Assembly: GCA_046482545.1 (NCBI GenBank)
Contig: JAWOEX010000010.1
Location: 1 to 64,000 of the forward strand
Length of the DNA stretch: 64,000 nucleotides
Direction: 5' to 3'
DNA from: Candidatus Thorarchaeota archaeon
Lineage (GTDB): Archaea > Asgardarchaeota > Thorarchaeia > Thorarchaeales > Thorarchaeaceae
The first letter of the stretch is position 1. Each line of letters opens with the position of its first letter. Position numbers and translations under genes: made by a program. Shown here piece by piece: positions 28,639 through 38,630 of this stretch. The notes under the pieces are model-generated. The model was not told where the DNA came from, did not search any database, and worked only from the letters and a program-made list of their open reading frames with translations.

Positions 28639-30072
28639 CTATGTTGCGTCTGTCAAAGAATCATCTTCAACCTCAGCTTCAGCTACCTTCACAGGATGTG
28701 TTTCTTCTACGTAGCGCCAGAGCATGAAGGCTCCAAAGACTCCTACTGCCGCAGCAATCCAAAATGGAACTACTACACCATCCATTTTGAAAACACCAAA
28801 TTGGAGAGTAAGAAGAGAGAAAAAGGAGAATAGTGCCCCTCCTGCAAGAGGGCCTATCGTAGCGCCAGCATTGAAACATGCTTGAATCGTACCAAAGAGT
28901 TTGCCCCTCAGTTTCCACGGGACAATATCAGCTTGGATTGCGCGAAGAGCTGGCTGCGAAGCGGCCCTAGAAGCACCTTGGATTATCCAAGCACTGCTGC
29001 TCTGTGCGAGATTCTTGGTTAGGGGCAACAAGAAAAATCCTGCTCGCGAAGCAAGAGACCCATAGACTGCCAAACCCTTTCTTCCATGTGAGTCTGCGTA
29101 TCTCCCAGCAGGAATCGAGAGAAGCATACCGATTCCTCCTGCTCCAGAAATTACAATTCCAATAAGGCCGATGTCTGTGGTGATTTTACTCATCAGAAAT
29201 AGCTGGAACAATGGCTGCCCAAGTCCCAGGGATATTCCATTCGCAGCAGACATTATGTAGAGAGCATGAACCATCGTCTTTCGGTGTGGACGGATTTCAT
29301 CAACATTTCCGGGACCTTCGATTCCTTCAGAGACGGGTTCCGACGAAGCAGGATCTACAGCCGCCAGTTTGTCAATGGTATCATCAGTTTTTCCTGGTGC
29401 TGTCTCTTGTAATATGATATACGTAAGGATGACCGAAGGTAAAGTAAGAGCAGCTGCAATGAAGTACGGAACACGGAATACGTTTGGAACAGTCAGCTGC
29501 AGAGTGTCTCGACAAAAATTGTAGAGCAACCCGCCAACCCCCGGTCCAATAATAAAACCAACATTTGATACAACCATGTAAAGCCCCAATCCTTCACCAC
29601 GGCGTTCATGACCAACAATATCCATAAGCGCGGCTTGCGCAACTGGCCAGACAGAAGCGGATACAGCTCCTTGAAATGCTCTGATGAGAATTAGGTGAAT
29701 CCAGTTTCGAGCTAGTCCAAAAAGAAGAAGTAGAATAACATATCCTGTCAAACCGGCGATTAAGAGCGGCTTGCGTCCATGTTCATCTGAAACACCGCCC
29801 CAATATCGTGCGAGTAGGGTTCGTGTCGCCATGAAAGCCGCCATCATCACACCAAGAATCAAAGAGAATTCTGCGACAACCTCTGGTGGAACCATGTACC
29901 CAGGTCCAGGAGGCTCATCTATACCCCCTTCAAGAGCGATCAAATAGAAAGAGAGGGATGGAGATATCAAACCAAAACCGAGCATCACAAGCATAGCATC
30001 AATGGCCAGAACCATCACTTGAGGGTTCAGATAGAGACTCCTCTTAGATTCCGATAGAAAATCGAGGGTCAT
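28639..30072 (-). CDS. MFS transporter (DHA1/TetA-like)
   Basis: About 12 TM helices; motif A twice (GGVSDEHGRK, GRYADSHGRK); RAFQG. Confidence 0.92.
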   Translation of the reverse strand: MTLDFLSESKRSLYLNPQVMVLAIDAMLVMLGFGLISPSLSFYLIALEGGIDEPPGPGYMVPPEVVAEFSLILGVMMAAFMATRTLLARYWGGVSDEHGRKPLLIAGLTGYVILLLLFGLARNWIHLILIRAFQGAVSASVWPVAQAALMDIVGHERRGEGLGLYMVVSNVGFIIGPGVGGLLYNFCRDTLQLTVPNVFRVPYFIAAALTLPSVILTYIILQETAPGKTDDTIDKLAAVDPASSEPVSEGIEGPGNVDEIRPHRKTMVHALYIMSAANGISLGLGQPLFQLFLMSKITTDIGLIGIVISGAGGIGMLLSIPAGRYADSHGRKGLAVYGSLASRAGFFLLPLTKNLAQSSSAWIIQGASRAASQPALRAIQADIVPWKLRGKLFGTIQACFNAGATIGPLAGGALFSFFSLLTLQFGVFKMDGVVVPFWIAAAVGVFGAFMLWRYVEETHPVKVAEAEVEDDSLTDAT

Positions 30073-30159
30073 TAATGCCCACTCTTGGACGTAGTGTGCT
30101 AATTCGTATCGTATTCATATAGCTATTTGTAGCGCATATTGTCATTTTAACTGATTTTT

Positions 30160-30224
30160 GAATTCCGTTTGCAAAGGATTTATCTCTCGAAATTTACGCG
30201 GCATTACGAATTCCGTTTGCAAAG
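30160..30224 (+). repeat. Perfect 17-bp direct repeat GAATTCCGTTTGCAAAG (x2) in the MFS/XPB divergent intergenic region
   Basis: Copies at 30160-30176 and 30208-30224, 48 bp start to start. Confidence 0.9.
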
Positions 30225-30277
30225 TCAACGAACGCAATTGAACACAGAGATTCACCACCAAAAATAGAGGTAAACAA

Positions 30278-31984
30278 ATGCCCAGCACAGCTAATCCATT
30301 GATCGTTCAGTCGGACCGCTCTATTCTGTTAGAAGTGGATAACCCACGTTATGAAGAAGCTAGAGACGCGTTGGCACAATTCGCAGAACTTGTCAAATCG
30401 CCAGAATATGTACACACTTACAGAATAACACCATTGAGCCTCTGGAATGCTGCTGCAACCGGACTATCTCCAGAGAAGGTCATGGAAGCCCTTGAAGAAT
30501 ATGCCAAGTATCCGATTCCTAGCAACGTTTCACGAGAAATCATGGAGTATATGAGCCGTTACGGAAGGCTCTCACTTTACGAGGGAGACCTCGATCTGCT
30601 ACTATTGTGTGATAGTGAGGAATTGGCAGATCAAATATGGGCGAGTGATAATGTCAGGAAGCACCTACTCGGTCGACTTGATGAAACTAGTATGAGGGTT
30701 GATCCAGCAGAGCGCGGTTTTCTCAAGCACGCGTTAATTGAAATTGGATATCCAGTTGAAGACGTCGCTGGCTACATCGAAGGGGAACCTCTGCACTTCG
30801 AACTCCGTGATAAAACACAAAGCGGGGAGGAGTGGGGTCTACGCGATTATCAGAAGGAAGCTGTATCTATTTTCCACGCTGGTGGTGGACCGAGAGGAGG
30901 TTCAGGTGTAGTGGTCTTGCCATGTGGAGCTGGAAAGACAATGGTGGGAATGGGTGCTATGGAGCGACTTCAAACATCTACACTCATCTTATGCCCCAAC
31001 GTGGTAGCAGTCCACCAATGGATAGAAGAACTAACCGAGAAAACCACATTAGAACCTGACCAGATTGGAGAATATACGGGAGATATCAAAGAAGTACGTC
31101 CAGTAACGGTTGCAACCTATCAAATTCTGACGTATCGCAAGTCGAGAGACAAAGATTTTGAACATTTTGATGTTTTTGAAGCAAGAAACTGGGGTCTTAT
31201 CATCTATGATGAGGTCCATCTTCTGCCTGCTCCTGTGTTCAGAGCAACCGCATCTATACAAGCCACAAGAAGATTGGGGTTAACTGCCACGCTTGTAAGG
31301 GAAGATGGTAGAGAAGAGGATGTCTTCAGTCTTATCGGGCCCAAGAGGTTTGATATGCCATGGAAACTACTTGAAGACCAAGGATGGATAGCAACAGCTG
31401 TTTGTTATGAAATCAGAATTGATATGCCCGAAAAGCGTCGAAAGGAGTATGCACTAGCTGAAGACAGGCGAAAGTACAGACTAGCTGCGGAGAATCCCAG
31501 AAAACTTGGCATCATAGAGAAGCTTGTCGAATACCATGTTGATGATAACGTGCTCGTAATAGGCATGTACTTGGACCAACTCCATGATATCGCAGAGATG
31601 CTAGATGTTCCGATAATAACCGGCAAGACAAGCAACGCCAAGCGTCAGAGACTGTATGGTGCATTTAAGGAGGAGAAAATCAAGGTTCTTGTAGTCTCAA
31701 AAGTAGCCAACTTTGCTCTGGATTTGCCCGATGCAAATGTGGCAATACAGGTAAGCGGAACGTTTGGATCGAGACAAGAGGAGGCACAAAGACTCGGGAG
31801 AATATTGAGACCCAAGAAAGATGGCAGCTTCGCTAGATTCTACAGTATCATCACAAAAGACACCAAGGATCAGGATTTCGCCGCAAGAAGACAGCTCTTT
31901 CTAACTGAGCAAGGGTACCAATACGTAATTGCATCAGAAGAAGAAGAGATTTGGAAAAAGCCTCCAGAAAAATTCTTCAAGTAG
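30278..31984 (+). CDS. xpb: XPB/Ssl2 (Rad25) DNA repair helicase with N-terminal Helicase_C_3 domain
   Basis: PLIVQSDRSILLEV..KSPEYVHTYRITPLSLWNA, LRDYQ, LPCGAGKT, DEVH, GLTAT, RED and QRLGRILR. Confidence 0.95.
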   Translation: MPSTANPLIVQSDRSILLEVDNPRYEEARDALAQFAELVKSPEYVHTYRITPLSLWNAAATGLSPEKVMEALEEYAKYPIPSNVSREIMEYMSRYGRLSLYEGDLDLLLLCDSEELADQIWASDNVRKHLLGRLDETSMRVDPAERGFLKHALIEIGYPVEDVAGYIEGEPLHFELRDKTQSGEEWGLRDYQKEAVSIFHAGGGPRGGSGVVVLPCGAGKTMVGMGAMERLQTSTLILCPNVVAVHQWIEELTEKTTLEPDQIGEYTGDIKEVRPVTVATYQILTYRKSRDKDFEHFDVFEARNWGLIIYDEVHLLPAPVFRATASIQATRRLGLTATLVREDGREEDVFSLIGPKRFDMPWKLLEDQGWIATAVCYEIRIDMPEKRRKEYALAEDRRKYRLAAENPRKLGIIEKLVEYHVDDNVLVIGMYLDQLHDIAEMLDVPIITGKTSNAKRQRLYGAFKEEKIKVLVVSKVANFALDLPDANVAIQVSGTFGSRQEEAQRLGRILRPKKDGSFARFYSIITKDTKDQDFAARRQLFLTEQGYQYVIASEEEEIWKKPPEKFFK

Positions 31985-32936
31985 GCATTTCTACGACATC
32001 AGTTATCTGCTTGGACTTCTGTCTGAAATATTCGTCTAACATTTTTTGGGTGTCCGGGCTCACAAGGTTTTCCTCCACGATTCCCATCTCCAGGTGTACT
32101 AGTCTTATGAAAGTCCAAGTTAAACAAGAAAAGAGTGCAAGGGGTACGAATCTCAACATTGTTTTTTGTCTCTCTCCCGTTTTCACCAAAGGTGTCTGAA
32201 TAGGTATCTCAAAACTACCAGGCGGTTCCACAAAAAAGTAAGCGAGGTCATACATTGAACTGCCCATGCAGGCGTTTTCAAAATCTATTAGGACAACAGA
32301 CGTTTCCTGCAAGATGACATTGCTGGGACGGAAATCACCGTGCATCATGTCAGCTGGCCAGTCGGGAAACCCTTCCATCGTTTGTTCTAGCTTATTTCCT
32401 ATCTTTTTCATCTTTCCAAGATAATCGGATAAGGGCTCACGCTGTTTTGCGCCACTGCTTTCAACTTGTCCAATCTTCTTTCGGCACATGTTCAAGTAGT
32501 CAGTTGGATTGTTGTATTCTGGGAGAGGCAGGCGAAGGTCTGAGAACCTAGAAAGACTATCTCTAATGGCGACAAGCTCCTCATCAGAAAACGAGCGATA
32601 TTCCTGTTTGGTGATTCCTTCCTCGTATTCGGTAACAAAGAAAGGTAATTCATAATCAAGCTTGCCCTTGGCCACAGGTTTATTCGATAATCTGTGACCA
32701 TATGCGATTTCGTGAACTCTCCACTGTAAATCGTAAGGATTCTCCTCATAGTCAATCTGCAATGCTGGAACTTTCAGAACATAGCAATCATTGTCGCTTT
32801 TCAACAAAAGATTAAGATTCGAGCTGCCTCCTAAAAATTGGATGGTGCCATCCAGCTCTAACATAAGCTTGGAACGCAGCATCTCAATGAATCTATTTGC
32901 TTCGTATCCATGAATCGTAGTCGGACTATTACTCAT
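31977..32936 (-). CDS. APH/choline kinase family phosphotransferase
   Basis: LGGSSNLN, YVLKV, HGDFRPSNVI, LIDFE and YDLA motifs. Confidence 0.88.
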   Translation of the reverse strand: MSNSPTTIHGYEANRFIEMLRSKLMLELDGTIQFLGGSSNLNLLLKSDNDCYVLKVPALQIDYEENPYDLQWRVHEIAYGHRLSNKPVAKGKLDYELPFFVTEYEEGITKQEYRSFSDEELVAIRDSLSRFSDLRLPLPEYNNPTDYLNMCRKKIGQVESSGAKQREPLSDYLGKMKKIGNKLEQTMEGFPDWPADMMHGDFRPSNVILQETSVVLIDFENACMGSSMYDLAYFFVEPPGSFEIPIQTPLVKTGERQKTMLRFVPLALFSCLTWTFIRLVHLEMGIVEENLVSPDTQKMLDEYFRQKSKQITDVVEMPT

Positions 32937-32998
32937 TTTCGCGCCAGACGACCTAACAGAACTTAAACTCTTAAATGGCGGCCCGAGTCTAGAAAAAT

Positions 32999-33286
32999 AT
33001 GAATGGTCGGGAGATTCTGTTCATGCTTTCGCATTTATTCAGAAAAAAGGGAGAATCTGTTGATATCGATGAAGCGGTCCATTATCTCTCGTTCAGATGT
33101 CGCTACGGGAAACCAAGTGATATCAGAAAAGTGCTTACCATTGCACTTCAAAATGGGATGATATCAAGGTCGGAAAATCAAGTTTCAGCAGAATTCCTCT
33201 ATGACAAGCAAGACCTCTCCCCAAATCAGATTGCTGAGATCGGAAAGCACCTCACCGTGAAAACGGACACACCTGAAATTTCCTAA
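32999..33286 (+). CDS. DUF2240-like archaeal protein
   Basis: LFRKKG..EAVHYLSF..P..LTIALQNGMI pattern. Confidence 0.65.
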   Translation: MNGREILFMLSHLFRKKGESVDIDEAVHYLSFRCRYGKPSDIRKVLTIALQNGMISRSENQVSAEFLYDKQDLSPNQIAEIGKHLTVKTDTPEIS

Positions 33287-33288
33287 TC

Positions 33289-34401
33289 TCATGCAGGGGA
33301 AGCGATATTCTGAATTGAACCAAGGAGTGCAGAGAGTTGTATGAATGGATTTCTTGCTTGCGTAATTCTGAAGTCAATTTCTGCTACTCGTGACAGTAGT
33401 CTATAGAGCTGTGCTTGCGGAAATGGTCTCCTGAGCAAATCTCGTTGAATCTCGACAATGACCTCATTTGGTTCATAGCCTTCCTTTGCAAGCAAGTTCC
33501 TAACTTTCTTTCTTGCATTTACGAAAGAACCATCAATAGCGTTGGAAACAGCTTCACTTACTGTTTTCGTAAGAAATGTCTCGGAACATTGGTATACATC
33601 ATCTTCGGTCACCACCTGAGTTCCAGAAGAAGCCATCTGGAGGAGATTAATTCCTCGTCTAAAATCACCGGAGGATTCTCTGTAAATTCCAGCAATAGCA
33701 TCTTCTTCAATAGACACATCCTCTTTCTCAGCAATATCGCGAATCAGTTCCTCAATTGTATCCTTGTTTCCCCTTGGAAATCGTAATAACAGGCATCGGG
33801 ATAGTATTGCCGGGCTCCATCCAGCCAATGAAGGAGTGATGAGGATGAACCTGCATGCTTCGTTGTAAATCTCCATGGTTCGCCTTAATGCTTGCTGCAT
33901 GTTATTATCGAGAGCATCAGCCTCATCCAAAACAAGGATTTTGGTCAACCTCGTACTGACTGTTACTGTTGAAGCAAACATCTCGATTGCTTTGTGCAGT
34001 AGCTGGCTCCGATTCGGTCGTCTCCTTCTACCTCCCTTCAGCTTAAGTTCAGCCTTGGCTTCACTATACACTCGGGACATATACTCGTCAAGATATGTTC
34101 GATCCTCGGGATCCATTCTCGCAATCTTGCTCAGAGATCTCTTTGCTTTCGATACCGGGAAATTCCTAACATCTCGGATATTAAGTGACATATAGTTTGA
34201 CTGAAAATCATCTCTAAGTAGCTCTCGTGCGAAAACTTCCGCAGCCGATGTTTTGCCCGTTCCGAATGGTCCATAGAAAATCATATTGGGTAGAGTGCCC
34301 GAAGATGCCAAGTGTTTCAACTGAGAAATGGCAACGCTATCACCTTTGAAGTCTTGCCATTCCTTGGGTCGATATTTGATACACCAAAGCAAGGGCTCCA
34401 T
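33289..34401 (-). CDS. rfcS: Replication factor C small subunit paralog with an insertion
   Basis: WCIKYRP, FYGPFGTGKT, LDEADAL..QQALRRTME, SRC and GDFRRGIN motifs; about 60-aa insert before Walker B. Confidence 0.88.
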   Translation of the reverse strand: MEPLLWCIKYRPKEWQDFKGDSVAISQLKHLASSGTLPNMIFYGPFGTGKTSAAEVFARELLRDDFQSNYMSLNIRDVRNFPVSKAKRSLSKIARMDPEDRTYLDEYMSRVYSEAKAELKLKGGRRRRPNRSQLLHKAIEMFASTVTVSTRLTKILVLDEADALDNNMQQALRRTMEIYNEACRFILITPSLAGWSPAILSRCLLLRFPRGNKDTIEELIRDIAEKEDVSIEEDAIAGIYRESSGDFRRGINLLQMASSGTQVVTEDDVYQCSETFLTKTVSEAVSNAIDGSFVNARKKVRNLLAKEGYEPNEVIVEIQRDLLRRPFPQAQLYRLLSRVAEIDFRITQARNPFIQLSALLGSIQNIASPA

Positions 34402-34603
34402 TCTCTACACATCTTAATGTGATGGGATATAACAAGATAAGCATGACCCTATCTGCGGCTCAGAAAACAAATCTCTACATCCGGTATCGTGTTTCTTTTA
34501 TTGGGTATTATGGCCGTCAAAATCTACAACTCGGATATCTCACCGAAAACAAGATAAACTGACAATTGTAAGTTTGTTAGTTTCCAGGGGCCTGAATATT
34601 GAT

Positions 34604-36319
34604 ATGACTAAGGAGAGCCTAGAAAGCGAACTCGAACACATGTTCAGAGATGACTTAATCGTTGCTTGTCAGTACTGGGGAATTGATATCAGCGAAAGCT
34701 CTTCGACTCATGAGCTCAAAGATTTGCTTGCCGAAAAAATGCGCAACCAAGAGGCTCGCGAAAGAGTTTTCGCCACATTTACCAAGAAAGAGCTGGATCT
34801 CTTAGGGATTCTAAGTCTAAGTGGCGGAGCCATGTCGAATGATAGACTCAAGCCATTTAGAAGGATTTACAGCTACGGGCAACTCAATCAGACTGAGCGT
34901 GATCTTCGGAAAAAGGGGATTATTATTAGGAAAATCTTGAGCCGGCTCACCGAGTATGGACGTGAGGTAGCTGAATTCAAGATTATGGACTTCTTCATCC
35001 CTCATTTACGAGCATTGTTTTCAAAGAAACCCGAAGAGAAGCTGGATAAACCAAAAGACAACCTCAAATTCGTCAATCAGCGGGATACTCTTCTCATCGA
35101 TATTCTCCAAGCAGTCTCGTATTTCGCAAAGAATGAAGTAAAGCTTACCAGCTCGTGGGAATTTCCAAAGAGAGAGATGGACAGAATCATCGAGAGGCTT
35201 TCAGAATCAACAGAGGAAAGGTTTGAGATAGTACAGAAGATAGCAAAGAAGGCCACAGCATACACCATAACTGAAGATGATTATGTATTGCCGGGTAATG
35301 TGAAACGAGTATTCAACGGTGACCAAGAACAGGTTTCAAGAAGGATTCTTCTTTCAGCTCTTGGTCGAACCCGGGCAATATGGGCATCCTCCGATCAGCC
35401 AACAGAATACTCGCTAAATCTCATAATTTGTCGCCTTCGAGAAGCGGATAAAGACGATTGGATTCGTGTAGATGACCTACGAGAATGGATTCGCAGTGAG
35501 CTCTACTTGGAGAATCAGCCTCTCAAATGGTTAAAGGTGGACAATGAACGGGTTAGACTGGCACTAGAAACACCAATCCTCTTGGGTATAGTCGAAGCTG
35601 CGTACAAGGGGGATGGAGTGTATGCCATCAAATTGACAGATATGGGTGTAAATGTAATATGCGGAAGGGAAAAGGAGCATCACGATGGCCAAGATACCTT
35701 CTTTGTTGTACCGAATTTCGAGATAACTGCATTTACAACTGAAATGAATTACTACAATCTCTATCGACTGATGCTCATTAGTAAACCAGTCAAAACAGAT
35801 GTGGTTAGCACTTTTCAGATTACTGAGAATTCAATTTTCAGGGCCATAGAAATGGGATTGGGGCAATCTGAAGTTCTGGGATTCCTGAGAGAAGAGAGTA
35901 GCAAGCCGGTACCTGAGAACGTCGTGAGGTCGATTGAAGACTGGACATCACAGACCACTTTCGCAGTGGTATCTGAGGTTACAATTTTTGAGACAGATAC
36001 TGAGAAAGAGCTCGATCATCTAATGCTACTCGAAGAATTCACTCAGTATGTCGAACGAAGGATAGGCGCGAAAGCAGTAATACTGCAGGGAGATGTGGAG
36101 AGTCTAATTCAAGACTTAGAGGAACACAAATGCCATATCAGGAAGGCGGAAGAGGAACCTAGAGGCAACAAGAAAGGCCGCACTCTATCTATGCCATTCC
36201 CAGAAGAAGCCGCATCACGTGATCACGAAGACTTGGAAGATCTGCCAGAGGAATGTAGGGGCTGTCCGGCAGTACACTCCTGTAATCGCGTCATCAGACG
36301 CCGCTCTGAAGACTGTTGA
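34604..36319 (+). CDS. Helicase_C_3 (XPB-associated, Tfb2/p52-like) domain protein
   Basis: FFVVPNFEI...FQITENSIFRAIEMGL..VLGFLREESSKPVPENVVRSIEDW; C-terminal CRGCPAVHSC. ATG at 34604 (in-frame TTG at 34574). Confidence 0.8.
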   Translation: MTKESLESELEHMFRDDLIVACQYWGIDISESSSTHELKDLLAEKMRNQEARERVFATFTKKELDLLGILSLSGGAMSNDRLKPFRRIYSYGQLNQTERDLRKKGIIIRKILSRLTEYGREVAEFKIMDFFIPHLRALFSKKPEEKLDKPKDNLKFVNQRDTLLIDILQAVSYFAKNEVKLTSSWEFPKREMDRIIERLSESTEERFEIVQKIAKKATAYTITEDDYVLPGNVKRVFNGDQEQVSRRILLSALGRTRAIWASSDQPTEYSLNLIICRLREADKDDWIRVDDLREWIRSELYLENQPLKWLKVDNERVRLALETPILLGIVEAAYKGDGVYAIKLTDMGVNVICGREKEHHDGQDTFFVVPNFEITAFTTEMNYYNLYRLMLISKPVKTDVVSTFQITENSIFRAIEMGLGQSEVLGFLREESSKPVPENVVRSIEDWTSQTTFAVVSEVTIFETDTEKELDHLMLLEEFTQYVERRIGAKAVILQGDVESLIQDLEEHKCHIRKAEEEPRGNKKGRTLSMPFPEEAASRDHEDLEDLPEECRGCPAVHSCNRVIRRRSEDC

Positions 36320-36330
36320 GGCTGACGTGA

Positions 36331-37365
36331 TTGAAAAAAGCTCTATTGCCTGAAGAAATGATAGGCACATTCTTTGGCGTCGGAAGTGTCGGTGAGGAGG
36401 ACCCAAGGGTTCCAGTGCAATATGTACAACAACTCGAACTGCCCTATGCATATCAGATTCCTGCTCTCAGAGAAGAAGACATGATACGCCAATTTGGCTA
36501 CTTAGTTGATGGATTTGAAGAGGACGATAAAGACTTCGTGCTAGACTTGGGTATTAACACCTATCGGTCTGTTACATCATTCGATACACCTCTCATTCCT
36601 GACAGGCAGCACTTCCACAGCCTATACCTGCTTTTTGAAAACGGGTCTTATCCTATTTTCAAAACACAACAAACTGCACCAGCTACCATGTGCTACAGTA
36701 CCAGAGCGCCTGAAGGTGGACAATACGTATCTAAACAAATGTTGCAGTTTTATACCAATTTGATGAAACGTATTGCAAAAGGACAACAGAAGTATCTTGA
36801 GGATAAATGCGACAAGATAATTCTCTGCCAAGATGATCCTGCCCTAGGTTTTGTACTCGAAATGAGCAAAAATGACGCTTCGATAGGGCTTTCCCTCGGT
36901 GAAATATGGAGATTAACAGAATCGATTTTCCCTGATGGGGTCATTCCTGCATACCATTATTGCCATGACTGGCGCAAAATTGGAGAAGCCAGCCAACATC
37001 CAGTTTTCACAAGCAGACCGCTCCTTTTCCACATCGATCTTCTCAGCTATCCTCCTACTGTTGAGCAACAATTAGCAGAGAGAATGAATGCTTTCATGGA
37101 ACGAGGGGGCGGTTTAGCCCTCGGAGTAATTCCGAATACAGACGACTCTTTTCAGAGCAATCTCATCCCAACTGTACGAGAGAATCTGCGTTCATCCATA
37201 GGGAAGTTCCTCGAATCGGGAGTGGAATTGGGTTTACTTCGGAGAAATGCAATGATATCAACTGTCTGCGGACTTTCGGGTGCGAGTAAGAAGCTGACGA
37301 GACAAATTCACCGCCGGAGCAAAGAGTTACCGGCTTTATTCGAAGAGGTAGTTTCCACGTTTTGA
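36331..37365 (+). CDS. MetE/UROD-superfamily protein (single-barrel cobalamin-independent methionine synthase-like)
   Basis: GVGS, QIP..EEDMIRQF, QDDPAL, YHYC, LALGVIP and STVCGL (Zn ligands HxC...C). Confidence 0.65.
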   Translation: MKKALLPEEMIGTFFGVGSVGEEDPRVPVQYVQQLELPYAYQIPALREEDMIRQFGYLVDGFEEDDKDFVLDLGINTYRSVTSFDTPLIPDRQHFHSLYLLFENGSYPIFKTQQTAPATMCYSTRAPEGGQYVSKQMLQFYTNLMKRIAKGQQKYLEDKCDKIILCQDDPALGFVLEMSKNDASIGLSLGEIWRLTESIFPDGVIPAYHYCHDWRKIGEASQHPVFTSRPLLFHIDLLSYPPTVEQQLAERMNAFMERGGGLALGVIPNTDDSFQSNLIPTVRENLRSSIGKFLESGVELGLLRRNAMISTVCGLSGASKKLTRQIHRRSKELPALFEEVVSTF

Positions 37366-37392
37366 CCAGATAGGCTTAAATTATTGCCCTAG

Positions 37393-38244
37393 ATGACCCA
37401 CAGCGTGGACATCATGGGAGATAGTGACAGCGAACCCGGACCGATAATGCGTTTCATTCAGGACTACCGCATGAAGATGTTGATACCAGAGTTGCTGGTC
37501 GTCTTCGGTGTATGGTATCTGAACCCGTCTTCACTCCAGCTTGGGCCGGAAGGAAATGTCTATTCGTTCCTAGGGCCACTGAAATATCTCTGTCAGCCTC
37601 TGTATTTCATTCCCACGGGCGTTCTGATCCTGTTTACTGCGTTCACACTTCATGGTATTTACCCATTGGATAACTACCATGAAGGAAAAATCCTCAAACT
37701 CCCAAAGGGTGCTGTTTTGATGATTCTCGTATCATTTTTCTTTCTTCCTATTCTTGTTGCCATGCAAATGCTTGGATATTTCATGACAGAGGCCACGGAA
37801 TACTTTAGCCGGAACCCGCTCTGGGAAAGATTCGAGAGTTTTGGAGATCTCTTCTTCTATGCCGGTCCAATGTTCTTTGCTGGTTTGCAGTGGTGGCTGT
37901 TTATCCCAGTCTTCTTCCTCTCACAGGGAATAGATGGTATACACAAGATTGCTCACCATGAAACCTCTAGTGACAGAATTACCTGGGTTTTCTACTTCCT
38001 GTTTCCAATCACCATGCCATTTTTCTTCAGCCCTGTAGAAATAATGGCGATGGCGGCCCTCTCGATACCCGCGTTTGCTTTCTATTCGTACATCAGACCA
38101 TATTACACATACGTTACAGCGGTACACACATTCACGTTTGCAGTGCTTGTCATTGTGGCTACACTAATCGCGCCCTACCTACCGCTGATTGAGATATGGC
38201 TGCCAGGATTTGTACCCCCTCACATACCACCAAAATTCTGGTGA
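37393..38244 (+). CDS. Polytopic membrane protein of unknown function
   Basis: At least 6 hydrophobic segments. Confidence 0.75.
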   Translation: MTHSVDIMGDSDSEPGPIMRFIQDYRMKMLIPELLVVFGVWYLNPSSLQLGPEGNVYSFLGPLKYLCQPLYFIPTGVLILFTAFTLHGIYPLDNYHEGKILKLPKGAVLMILVSFFFLPILVAMQMLGYFMTEATEYFSRNPLWERFESFGDLFFYAGPMFFAGLQWWLFIPVFFLSQGIDGIHKIAHHETSSDRITWVFYFLFPITMPFFFSPVEIMAMAALSIPAFAFYSYIRPYYTYVTAVHTFTFAVLVIVATLIAPYLPLIEIWLPGFVPPHIPPKFW

Positions 38245-38265
38245 AACAAGTAAGCAAGGCAAGAC

Positions 38266-38574
38266 TCATTCAGCAGCAGTAGGCTTGCGGCTTGCTGGTT
38301 TCTGGTCTTCCTCACGAAGCTTGTGGCGGAATGGCCGACCTTGACCATAAATTGAGGGGTCTTCATCCATAGTCTTGGAGAGTATAACACCTAGCCCTAT
38401 TGTCTGGACGATAACTGATAGAATAGAGATTACAAAAACCTCCAAGAAATAGGCGTGGTCAAAGAGCTGAAATATCCAAACTGTGGGATAAATTATTGCC
38501 TGAAGAACAATCCCGGTAATAAGTAGCAATACCCATCGGTTCTTTAGATTCTGTGATAGCATAGGTGCATCCAT
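38266..38574 (-). CDS. Small 2-TM membrane protein
   Basis: Two hydrophobic helices and a charged tail. Confidence 0.65.
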   Translation of the reverse strand: MDAPMLSQNLKNRWVLLLITGIVLQAIIYPTVWIFQLFDHAYFLEVFVISILSVIVQTIGLGVILSKTMDEDPSIYGQGRPFRHKLREEDQKPASRKPTAAE

Positions 38575-38630
38575 TCCTTGAATCGTATCGAGCCGGTCAC
38601 CTAATTAAAGATGTCTGTGATTTCCATCGC

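Noticed and set aside
30160-30224. Mini-CRISPR (17-bp repeat with 31-bp spacer)
   Set aside because: Only two copies, the repeat is shorter than CRISPR repeats, and there are no cas genes in the window.
33940-34190. Intein in RFC
   Set aside because: Too short, with no N-terminal Cys/Ser block and no C-terminal His-Asn.
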